The notes under the pieces: model-generated | What the model was told of the DNA's origin: nothing | Database searches by the model: none | The model's input: only the letters and a program-made list of their open reading frames with translations | Position numbers and translations under genes: made by a program | Shown: positions 1-7,028 of the stretch, piece after piece | Position numbering within the stretch: the first letter of the stretch is position 1 | Layout of the letters: each line of letters opens with the position of its first letter | Assembly (NCBI RefSeq): GCF_000260965.1 | Contig: NC_017856.1 | Location: forward strand, 1-32,000 | Direction of reading: 5' to 3' | Length of the DNA stretch: 32,000 bases | Source: Methylophaga frappieri | GTDB taxonomy: Bacteria; Pseudomonadota; Gammaproteobacteria; Nitrosococcales; Methylophagaceae

Positions 1-133
1 ATCAATTTTGGTTGATAACAAATCCTGCAGATTTTTGATGATGTTGTATTTAAAACAGGATCGGGCGGTCAGTTCCGTTTTGCTGTCTTGGATGAGATTG
101 ATACACTCAAGAAACTAAATTGGAGGAAATAAA

Positions 134-523
134 ATGTCTGAATGGCGTGAACAGGAAAAAGAGCGAACTTATAATGATGACGAGGTGACGGCACGCCTCG
201 CTGAGATTCTGCCACATTGGTATTTGGAAAATGGCTGGATTCGCCGTAAATATAAGACTAGTGGCTGGAAAAGTACGTTGATGGTCATTAATACGGTTGG
301 GCATTTGGCTGAGGCGGCCTTTCATCATCCAGATTTGACGGCATCTTATGCCTTTGTGATTGTTAAGCTCACTAATCATGCAGCCAAAGGTATTACGGAT
401 AAAGATTTTGAATTAGCTCAGAAAATCGAAGAAGTTGTGATGTGGCAACCTGGCCTGGATGACGGTGCACTTGTTGGTACCCCGGATGATGCCCGCTTCA
501 AATACATTAAGTACGATAAATAG
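134..523 (+). CDS. pterin-4-alpha-carbinolamine dehydratase (PCD/DCoH, COG2154) family protein, long form
   Basis: 129-aa ORF with GGAGG 7 nt upstream of the ATG. It has the family-typical core ...VGHLAEAAFHHPDL...VKLTNHAAKGITDKDFELA... No aromatic amino-acid hydroxylase gene lies next to it. Confidence 0.8.
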   Translation: MSEWREQEKERTYNDDEVTARLAEILPHWYLENGWIRRKYKTSGWKSTLMVINTVGHLAEAAFHHPDLTASYAFVIVKLTNHAAKGITDKDFELAQKIEEVVMWQPGLDDGALVGTPDDARFKYIKYDK

Positions 524-536
524 AGGCTGCCTAATC

Positions 537-743
537 ATGAACTCAGAAACCCTATCGCTGGAAATACGTCAGTTTCTTAAAAAGGTGGGTATTACGTCTC
601 ATCGTGAGATTGAGCAGTCTATTCAGGCGGCGCTTGAGTCTGGGCAGATTACCGATAATGCCACCCTCTCCATCAAGATGCATTTAACGATTCCTGAGTT
701 AGATATGCATCATCATGTGAATAGTCAGCTTCATTTGGAGTAA
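537..743 (+). CDS. small hypothetical protein (68 aa)
   Basis: The internal ATG of ORF 459..743 was chosen because the longer form overlaps the preceding gene; GAGG lies about 11 nt upstream. It sits 13 nt after the PCD gene and 2 nt before the next gene. I recognise no motif. Confidence 0.5.
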   Translation: MNSETLSLEIRQFLKKVGITSHREIEQSIQAALESGQITDNATLSIKMHLTIPELDMHHHVNSQLHLE

Positions 744-745
744 CC

Positions 746-1132
746 ATGCTGCGCTCTGTTCAAACCAAAGCGTTAAATGTGCTTGGCGAGCCATTGCAGG
801 ATTGTAGTCATACGCCGTTGACCGGTTTTTTTAGAGACGGGTGCTGTAATACCAGTGAAGACGATCTTGGCTCTCACACAGTTTGTGTGTCAGTTTCACA
901 AGCCTTTTTGGAGTTTTCCCGGTTTCGGGGTAATGACTTGGTGACGCCGATTCCAGAATATAACTTTCCGGGTTTAAAGCCGGGCGATCGTTGGTGTTTA
1001 TGTGCTGCAAGATGGCTGGAGGCACATCAAAATCAACGGGCGCCTCAGGTTTACCTCGCCAGCACACATCAACGGGCAACCGACATCATTCCCCTCACTT
1101 TATTAAAAGAATATGCTCTTGACTTAAATTGA
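746..1132 (+). CDS. DUF2237 family protein (Cys-rich, unknown function)
   Basis: 128-aa ORF with GGAG 6 nt upstream. The pattern ...TGFFRDGCCNT...GSHTVC...FPGLKPGDRWCLCAARW... is what I recall for DUF2237. Confidence 0.75.
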   Translation: MLRSVQTKALNVLGEPLQDCSHTPLTGFFRDGCCNTSEDDLGSHTVCVSVSQAFLEFSRFRGNDLVTPIPEYNFPGLKPGDRWCLCAARWLEAHQNQRAPQVYLASTHQRATDIIPLTLLKEYALDLN

Positions 1133-1138
1133 GGGCAT

Positions 1139-3067
1139 TTAATGAGTGGCTTGGTCGACAGATTTTTCTGTCAGAAAATCGGCCACGTCTTGAATATTTT
1201 GTGTGATCGGCATGGCTGGTAAACTGCGTAAAAACACTTTACCGTAAGGTTTATTCAGTAATCTTGGGTCACACAAAACCAACACACCATAATCACGGAC
1301 ATCACGAATTAACCTCCCTATGCCCTGCTTTAACTGAATAACAGCGGATGGAATTTGTATGCTACGAAATGGGTTGCCACCATGCATTTTCAGCAGATTG
1401 ATACGGGCCTCTAAAACCGGGTCACCTGGTGACGCGAATGGAATTTTATCAATTAACACGCAGCGTAAGGCGTCCCCCCGCACATCAACCCCCTCCCAAA
1501 AACTGCTGGTGCCGAGCAAAACGGCGTCTCCCTGTTCCCGAAATCGCTCAATCAGTTGTGCTTTACCCCCACTCCCCTGCACCAATAAGGGATGGCCGCA
1601 GTCTTTTAAGGCTTCAGCCACTTCGTAGAGCGCCCGATAGCTGGTAAATAATAAAAAGGTTCGACCGCCGCTCAATGTGATGACCTGTCTGGCGACATCG
1701 GCAATATGTTGATTGTAATTAACGGATGCGGGCATCAATTTTGTTTCGGGTAAAAAGAGTAAGCTTTGCTGCTGGTAATCGAAGGGACTCTCCCAGCTAA
1801 CCGTTTCTGCATCGTCAATGCCAAGCTGTTGTTTAAAATGATTAAATTGACCCGCTACGGTTAATGTGGCTGAGGTAAATATCCAGGCTGCCGGTTTGTC
1901 ATCAAGCCATTGCTGAAACGGCCCACTGATATCAAATGGGGTAGCGTTTAAAATAAAGCCACTGAGTCGATTATCCAGCCATAAGACGTGATCGCTAGGT
2001 TCAGCGTTTGCCTGAAAGTATTCCAGTAAATCAAGCAGGCTTTCAGCACGTTGATGACATTGGCTTAACCCTTGACTGCGCGGCGAGGCTTGCTCAAGTT
2101 CTTCAGCCAGATTTGTTAACGCTTGGGCGACGGCATCCAGCAGGTTTTGTTGGGTTTCATCGCCTTCTCCAGCAAACCAGGGACGACGAAGTACCTCGCT
2201 TCCCAAATAGACCCTGAGACGTTGTAAAACCGTCTGCAGTTTATCTGATGCCGTTGCAATACTTGGCATATCGGAAGCCTCGGCGTGCATTTCTTGCGTT
2301 GCATCCCGACATAGCTCAGTAATTTGATGACTGCTTAACCTTAGCCCCAAAAACTGGCTGGCAATGCCGGGTAGCTGATGTGCTTCATCAATAATATAGG
2401 CATCGGCAGTGGGTAAAACCTCACCCTGCCCCGCTGTTTTTAAGGCCAGATCTGACATCAGCAAATGGTGATTTACAACGACAATATCGGCCTCCTGCGC
2501 CCGACGCCGTGCTTCAGCAACAAAGCAGTGCTGATATTCTGGGCATTGCGTGCCGAGACAATTATCAACTGTCGAAGTGACCCGTGGTAGCAAATGGCTA
2601 TCAGCGTCTAATAATTGCGTGTCAGACAGATCCCCGTGATCACTTTGTTCTGCCCATTTTCTCAGTTTGCTGAGTGTAGCTTGGTCATTGAGCAATGAAT
2701 CGTCTGTTTCTGCCAGTCCCAAACGGTGATGGCAGAGATAGTTGCTGCGACCTTTAAGAATGGCAGTCATCAGTGGCACATTTAATGTTTGTCGTAGAAC
2801 CGGCAAATCACGCTGATAGAGTTGGTCTTGGAGATTCTTTGTGCCCGTTGAAATAAAGACTTTTTGTCCCGACAGCATGGCTGGAGCTAAATAAGCAAAG
2901 GTTTTGCCTGTGCCTGTGCCTGCTTCAGCAATAAGCAGGTTGCCGTTGCTAAGTGTATTGGCAACGCGTTCGGCCATTTCCTGCTGCGCAGGGCGAGGTT
3001 GGAAGCCTGTTATTTGTTGAGAAAGCACACCATCTTCATTGAAAAGTGCCGTCAGCTCATCCCGCAT
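1139..3067 (-). CDS. yoaA: ATP-dependent DNA helicase, DinG/XPD-like Fe-S family, YoaA type
   Basis: Similar along its length to E. coli YoaA as I recall it: Walker A AEAGTGTGKTFAYLAP, DEAH box IIDEAHQLP, Fe-S cysteines NYLCHH plus DNCLGTQCPEYQHCF, and C-terminal SSFWEGVDVRGD...LKQGIGRLIR. I moved the start from 3142 to the ATG at 3067, which forms an ATGA overlap with the upstream stop. The longer form would overlap the upstream gene by 76 nt. Confidence 0.9.
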   Translation of the reverse strand: MRDELTALFNEDGVLSQQITGFQPRPAQQEMAERVANTLSNGNLLIAEAGTGTGKTFAYLAPAMLSGQKVFISTGTKNLQDQLYQRDLPVLRQTLNVPLMTAILKGRSNYLCHHRLGLAETDDSLLNDQATLSKLRKWAEQSDHGDLSDTQLLDADSHLLPRVTSTVDNCLGTQCPEYQHCFVAEARRRAQEADIVVVNHHLLMSDLALKTAGQGEVLPTADAYIIDEAHQLPGIASQFLGLRLSSHQITELCRDATQEMHAEASDMPSIATASDKLQTVLQRLRVYLGSEVLRRPWFAGEGDETQQNLLDAVAQALTNLAEELEQASPRSQGLSQCHQRAESLLDLLEYFQANAEPSDHVLWLDNRLSGFILNATPFDISGPFQQWLDDKPAAWIFTSATLTVAGQFNHFKQQLGIDDAETVSWESPFDYQQQSLLFLPETKLMPASVNYNQHIADVARQVITLSGGRTFLLFTSYRALYEVAEALKDCGHPLLVQGSGGKAQLIERFREQGDAVLLGTSSFWEGVDVRGDALRCVLIDKIPFASPGDPVLEARINLLKMHGGNPFRSIQIPSAVIQLKQGIGRLIRDVRDYGVLVLCDPRLLNKPYGKVFLRSLPAMPITQNIQDVADFLTEKSVDQATH

Positions 3068-3963
3068 CAGCCAACCTGTCGGATTTGTAACGCCCATACC
3101 CAGAGACTGCCGCAGCACAGGAAACCAATCAGGGCAGCCCAAAATTGTACTTGATAGCGGCGACGTAATTTGGCTTCAGGAATGACTGAAATCAGATAAC
3201 TGCTTCTGCCGGGGCCCTTGCCAAGCAGATGAATGGCATCCGGTTGCATTGTTAAATGTTCGCGTCTTACTTGGGCATTGGCAGCAGCAACAACGCGTTG
3301 CCATTCTTTATCACTGAAGCGACCATCTTTATTGGTATCAAATCTGGCCAATAATTGATTCAGGTTTTGTTTCCACTCTCTTAACAATAAACTGACCTGC
3401 TCTTTCAGCATCATCTGTGTAGCAGCCTGAATAGTTTGAAACCAGCCAATCGCATAAAGCTGCTGCCCTGGCACAATAGTGCGCTCACTATAACGTCGAT
3501 TTCGATTAACGGGATCGCGCCAGCGTCGCTGTTTGACATGCATTATTTCTGCGTCATCGGGGTCGACGACACATTGGCCGCTGCCGTCATTTAAATAAAA
3601 TAATGCATCACTGCGTTGACGTTGTATGGTCGACCATCTGGTTCGTTCTCGGCTGCCATTCAGCACAGTTTGGCGTTGCTCGATAACGTATTCATACCAG
3701 ACACAATGACGCCCGGATACCGGTGATACAACAGGAGAGCCAGGCATGAGCTCAGCGCTACCAGCCAGTTCTATGCAACCTTGATGAGCGGACCGAATTT
3801 TTGAGGTTGGTTTACCACTGAGCAGTCGAATACGCTGCAATGATTGAATCAAATAATAAAAACAGCCTGCACCGATGCCGATAATCAGCAGGCTGGCTAA
3901 TGTAAATTCACCTGATTCTAATGAACGAATGATACCAGCCAGGATATTGCGTACATTTTCCAT
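3067..3963 (-). CDS. GIDE-domain membrane protein with an internal EF-hand-like Ca2+-binding loop
   Basis: 298-aa ORF. An N-terminal TM (FTLASLLIIGIGAGCFYYLI) and a C-terminal TM (FWAALIGFLCCGSLWVWAL) flank a GIDE-like core (GCIELAGSAEL...SPVSGRHCVWYEYVIEQ...ALFYLNDGSGQCVVDPDDAEI). The DTNKDGRFSDKE loop is at aa 209-220. The start overlaps the lemA stop (TAATG). Confidence 0.75.
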   Translation of the reverse strand: MENVRNILAGIIRSLESGEFTLASLLIIGIGAGCFYYLIQSLQRIRLLSGKPTSKIRSAHQGCIELAGSAELMPGSPVVSPVSGRHCVWYEYVIEQRQTVLNGSRERTRWSTIQRQRSDALFYLNDGSGQCVVDPDDAEIMHVKQRRWRDPVNRNRRYSERTIVPGQQLYAIGWFQTIQAATQMMLKEQVSLLLREWKQNLNQLLARFDTNKDGRFSDKEWQRVVAAANAQVRREHLTMQPDAIHLLGKGPGRSSYLISVIPEAKLRRRYQVQFWAALIGFLCCGSLWVWALQIRQVG

Positions 3964-4538
3964 TAACGATTAAACAATGCGCCCAGATCCACATCAGCGG
4001 TTTCGCTTTCACTGAACTCTAGCAAGTCAAAAGCACGGAACCGAAACAGACGCGCAATCACCAAGTCTGGAAATTGTTCGATCTGGATATTGTTAATATT
4101 GACGCTTTCGTTATAAAACTCGCGGCGATCGGCAATCGCATTTTCCAGGCCACTAATACGTTGTTGCAGGTGTTGAAAGGTCTCATTTGCTTTCAAATCA
4201 GGATACGCTTCAGCAACAGCGAACAGATTACCCAGACCAAGACGCATTTCAGTTTCGGCAGCGCCCAGTGCCGGAACATCGCCATTTGCCTGCGCGGCAG
4301 ACACGGCTGCTCTTGCCTGCATGACTTTTTCCAGAGTTTGTTGTTCAAACTGCATGTATTGGCGACAGGTTTCCACCAGTTTGGGCAGTTCATCGTGACG
4401 CTGTTTTAATAGCACATCGATATTGGACCAGGCTTTTTTGACGTTGTGTTTGAGGCTGACCAAATGGTTAAACATGATGATGGCATAAACAATAACCACC
4501 ACCAGTAAACCCCAAAAAATAAATTCACTGATTTCCAT
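3963..4538 (-). CDS. lemA: LemA family protein
   Basis: 191-aa ORF with GGAG 6-7 nt upstream. It has a single N-terminal TM (FIFWGLLVVVIVYAIIMF) followed by the LemA-typical FNHLVSLKHNVKKAWSNIDVLLKQRHDELPKLVET... Confidence 0.85.
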   Translation of the reverse strand: MEISEFIFWGLLVVVIVYAIIMFNHLVSLKHNVKKAWSNIDVLLKQRHDELPKLVETCRQYMQFEQQTLEKVMQARAAVSAAQANGDVPALGAAETEMRLGLGNLFAVAEAYPDLKANETFQHLQQRISGLENAIADRREFYNESVNINNIQIEQFPDLVIARLFRFRAFDLLEFSESETADVDLGALFNR

Positions 4539-4566
4539 ATTCGTCTCCGTGACCTGCTTGATTTAG

Positions 4567-5088
4567 TTAACCTGCCTGATTATCCCAAACGGATAATTCG
4601 GACCCATTTTCGGTGGTCCAGACCCGATCACCAATAATTTTAAACTGCGCGACGGACATACCGCCGCGTTTTTTTTTGCCCGTGTGTCGTTCTAATGCCG
4701 TTTGAATATCATGTCGGCTGGCATAATACATTTCGGTTGGCTGATACTGATCATCAAACAGCACCAGGATCACCGCTTCCCATTCCTGTTGTAAATTGAT
4801 TTGGCCAATTTTTGGCGTGGTATTCCGACTCTCTTCAAACAAGGTTCGGCCTTTAATGACAAGCCGTTGATCGGGCCAGTGTTGATGACCAATCGCATCA
4901 AATCCGGCTGCGGTATCATCAATTAGTTTGAGCCCAAGCGCTTTGGCTGCGTCAAATCGTGCAATTTCGCCGGTAACCGGCAAGCTGGTGCCGGTGGTTT
5001 GTCGATAGCGCGCAGCTAACTGACGGGTTTCCCGCATCAGTTTGTCCATGGAATATAAGTCTTTGCCTGCGACGGTTGACTGGCTCAT
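4567..5088 (-). CDS. hypothetical cytosolic protein (173 aa), first gene of the lemA-GIDE-yoaA unit
   Basis: ORF 4567..5133 was trimmed to the ATG at 5088 because the first 15 codons run through the fae terminator hairpin. There is no clear SD, so the start is uncertain; another in-frame ATG begins MDKLMRE. It has a loose GE...FDAIG...LVIKGR arrangement reminiscent of a restriction-endonuclease-like core but lacks the acidic or Q residue two positions before the K. Confidence 0.55.
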   Translation of the reverse strand: MSQSTVAGKDLYSMDKLMRETRQLAARYRQTTGTSLPVTGEIARFDAAKALGLKLIDDTAAGFDAIGHQHWPDQRLVIKGRTLFEESRNTTPKIGQINLQQEWEAVILVLFDDQYQPTEMYYASRHDIQTALERHTGKKKRGGMSVAQFKIIGDRVWTTENGSELSVWDNQAG

Positions 5089-5106
5089 AGCGGCATTATA
5101 CACAGC

Positions 5107-5140
5107 AAAAAAAAGGCCTGTATGCATCTGCATACAGGCC
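5107..5140 (-). terminator. rho-independent terminator downstream of the fae homologue
   Basis: On the minus strand this reads GGCCTGTATGCAGATGCATACAGGCC followed by TTTTTTTT. Perfect 10-12 bp GC-containing arms lie at 5115-5126 and 5129-5140, and the A8 run on the plus strand is at 5107-5114. Confidence 0.85.
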
Positions 5141-5212
5141 TGATAAGGTTACGAGGATTAACGACAATAGTTAAGACCTCACACCAAGACAATTAATTCC
5201 GAATTAACGAAA

Positions 5213-5761
5213 TTACTTTTGTGCGTCCAATTCTTTTTGGTAGTACTTGTGAACCAGTTTGTCTTGATTTTCCAGAAGATAATCAATGCTAGGTTCATTG
5301 TTCATTGCTTTTTCGATAGCACGACGGGTAGCTTCACGGTGAATGTTAAACAAGGCAACGTGATCCAGATCTTCGACAGTCGTGATGCTTGGGTTCAACC
5401 AAACTGAGACGATAATGCCTAAGTCATTGGCTTTTTCTTTAGGGATCGTACCGTTACGGACGGCATCCAGTACGCCGTTGGCTATTGCGCCTTGAACCGT
5501 ACCCATCAGGATATTGGTGTAAGCGGTTTTTTTCACCGTGACTTTACTGACCATCAATGTGGCAGGACGAACCTGCATGTCTGTGTTCATTAAAGCCAGA
5601 ACCCGTGAGTGTCCCTGTACCTGGTCACCCATTAAGTTGGCAAACGCGGTGCCAAACGGACCATCCAGTTCACCAATAACGACTTCTGGTTCTGCAGCGG
5701 TAAATGGGGGCCCGCCGGCAACCAGAGATTCACCGGTACGCATGATGATTTTGTCACTCAT
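5213..5761 (-). CDS. formaldehyde-activating enzyme (Fae) family protein, divergent paralogue-like
   Basis: The start is set at the ATG at 5761 (MSDKIIMRTGESLVAGG...) with AAGGAG 8 nt upstream. It is colinear with the Fae pattern as I recall it from Methylobacterium: vGEaLVg.G...iG...gp..tAF...l.......L.a......p.TLm..KVT........GP.Q.a.a.aV.DAV..G.IP...a.dl...v.V.i. Many positions differ and it has a longer C-terminus. Confidence 0.7.
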   Translation of the reverse strand: MSDKIIMRTGESLVAGGPPFTAAEPEVVIGELDGPFGTAFANLMGDQVQGHSRVLALMNTDMQVRPATLMVSKVTVKKTAYTNILMGTVQGAIANGVLDAVRNGTIPKEKANDLGIIVSVWLNPSITTVEDLDHVALFNIHREATRRAIEKAMNNEPSIDYLLENQDKLVHKYYQKELDAQK

Positions 5762-5797
5762 CGGATTTTGCTCCTTTGATTGTGAAAGAAATCGGCC

Positions 5798-5826
5798 ATT
5801 ATCCCGGCCACGAAACATAGCCGCAA
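5798..5826 (-). promoter_or_regulatory. putative sigma70 promoter for the fae homologue
   Basis: The minus strand reads TTGCGG-N17-GATAAT (the -35 at 5821-5826 and the -10 at 5798-5803). This places a TSS about 30 nt upstream of the ATG. The call rests on sequence pattern only. Confidence 0.4.
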
Positions 5827-5838
5827 GTCGGCGCCACT

Positions 5839-5866
5839 TTGAGATATTGCTGTAGACAGCTAAAAT
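5839..5866 (+). promoter_or_regulatory. putative sigma70 promoter for the truncated-haemoglobin/cinA-like operon
   Basis: TTGAGA (5839-5844)-N16-TAAAAT (5861-5866), about 24 nt upstream of the ATG at 5890, with AAGG 8 nt upstream of the start. The call rests on sequence pattern only. Confidence 0.35.
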
Positions 5867-5889
5867 ACTGGCTTTAACAAGGTTTAATT

Positions 5890-6279
5890 ATGTCAGAAAT
5901 TGCCACACCCTATGAGCGAATTGGCGGTGAAGAAGGTGTTCGCCAATTGGTGCGTTACTTTTATCAAATTATGTCGGATACGCCGCAGACCAGTTTGGTT
6001 CGTCAGATGCATCCGACGCAAATCCAATCCAGCGAAGATAAATTATTCTGGTTTCTGAGTGGCTGGATGGGCGGCCCTCAATTGTATGTTGAAAAATTTG
6101 GCCATCCCAGATTACGTGCCCGGCATCTGCCCTTTTCAATTGGTATTGAGGAACGTGATCAATGGTTGTATTGCATGGCTCAAGCGTTAAAGAAAATGAA
6201 CTTGGAGCCGCTGTTTGCCGAACAATTGATGTCTTCATTTGTTCAAACAGCTGACTTTATGCGTAATCGACCGGAGTAG
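5890..6279 (+). CDS. glbO: group II truncated haemoglobin
   Basis: 129-aa ORF with the signature ...FWFLSGWMGGPQLYVEKFGHPRLRARHLPFSIGIEERDQWLYCM... typical of trHbO-type globins. Confidence 0.85.
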   Translation: MSEIATPYERIGGEEGVRQLVRYFYQIMSDTPQTSLVRQMHPTQIQSSEDKLFWFLSGWMGGPQLYVEKFGHPRLRARHLPFSIGIEERDQWLYCMAQALKKMNLEPLFAEQLMSSFVQTADFMRNRPE

Positions 6280-6281
6280 AG

Positions 6282-7028
6282 ATGGCTATTGGTGCATTGA
6301 TTATTGGTGACGAAATACTTTCAGGCAAGCGACAAGACAAGCATTTTGAGTTTCTTAAGTCGCTCCTGGCTAAACGTGGACTTGAATTGGATTGGGTTCA
6401 TTTAACCGGCGATGATCCCCAACAGCTTGAACGCAGCATGCGATTTGCCATGCAAAGCGAGGATATCTTTTTTAGCTTTGGTGGCATTGGTGCCACACCG
6501 GATGATCGGACGCGGCAAACCGTCGCCAAAGTGGTCGGGGTTGCCATTGAGCCGCACCCAGAAGCAATTCGATTGATTGAGCAAACCTATGCTGAGCGTG
6601 CCTACCCTAATCGGGTGTTGATGGGGCATCTGCCTGTGGGCGCAACGCTCATTCCCAACGCCGTAAATAATGTCGCCGGGTTCAGTTTTGCTTCTGGCCA
6701 CTTCATGCCAGGATTTCCCGAAATGGCATGGCCGATGTGCGAATGGGTCATGTCACATCACTATGCTGACTTACGTGATACGCGCCCTGCTTGCGAACAA
6801 ATCATCTATGTCATTGGGGGACGTGAGTCAGATCTGTTGTTCATTATGCAAAAAATAGATTCGGATTTTCCGTCACTCAAACTATCCAGTCTCCCCTGCC
6901 TTGGCGAACCGCCACATATTGAAATGAGTTTGCGTGGTGCGGCAGAACAGGTTGAAAAAGCCATGACACTGCTTAAACAAGCGATAACCGAAACTGGATT
7001 TACCTGGCAGGATCAGCTTACCCAGTAA
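6282..7028 (+). CDS. CinA-like / MoCF-biosynthesis (molybdopterin-binding) domain protein
   Basis: 248-aa ORF. GGAG inside the end of glbO lies 7 nt upstream of the ATG. The N-terminus reads IGALIIGDEILSGKRQDKHFEFL...FSFGGIGATPDDRTRQ, typical of the MoaB/MogA/CinA N-terminal fold. Confidence 0.8.
   Translation: MAIGALIIGDEILSGKRQDKHFEFLKSLLAKRGLELDWVHLTGDDPQQLERSMRFAMQSEDIFFSFGGIGATPDDRTRQTVAKVVGVAIEPHPEAIRLIEQTYAERAYPNRVLMGHLPVGATLIPNAVNNVAGFSFASGHFMPGFPEMAWPMCEWVMSHHYADLRDTRPACEQIIYVIGGRESDLLFIMQKIDSDFPSLKLSSLPCLGEPPHIEMSLRGAAEQVEKAMTLLKQAITETGFTWQDQLTQ

Noticed and set aside
2-118. An open frame enters the window from the left and stops at TAA 116-118 (…SILVDNKSCRFLMMLYLKQDRAVSSVLLSWMRLIHSRN). 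It might be the 3' end of an upstream plus-strand gene.
   Set aside because: Only 38 codons are visible with no recognisable motif, and the region could equally be the promoter or leader of the PCD gene. It cannot be supported as a feature.
107-379. A 90-aa minus-strand ORF overlaps the PCD-family gene.
   Set aside because: It is fully antisense to an ORF with a clear family signature and a strong SD. It has no SD or motif of its own.
1139-3067. The idea that the DinG-like helicase, together with the adjacent partially nuclease-like ORF and membrane proteins, is a phage-defence cassette.
   Set aside because: The helicase is colinear with housekeeping E. coli YoaA, including the Fe-S cysteines. 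The putative nuclease motif is incomplete, and there are no mobile-element hallmarks or compositional anomaly. It is retained only as a coupling observation.
1139-3142. The longest-ORF N-terminal extensions in the ORF track: yoaA to 3142, the 188-aa form to 5133, fae to 5818, lapD from 8044, yigZ from 14773 and ycgN to 19854.
   Set aside because: The extensions overlap upstream genes or read through terminator hairpins, lack an SD, and are not matched by the N-termini of known homologues. Internal starts with an SD or coupling overlaps fit better.
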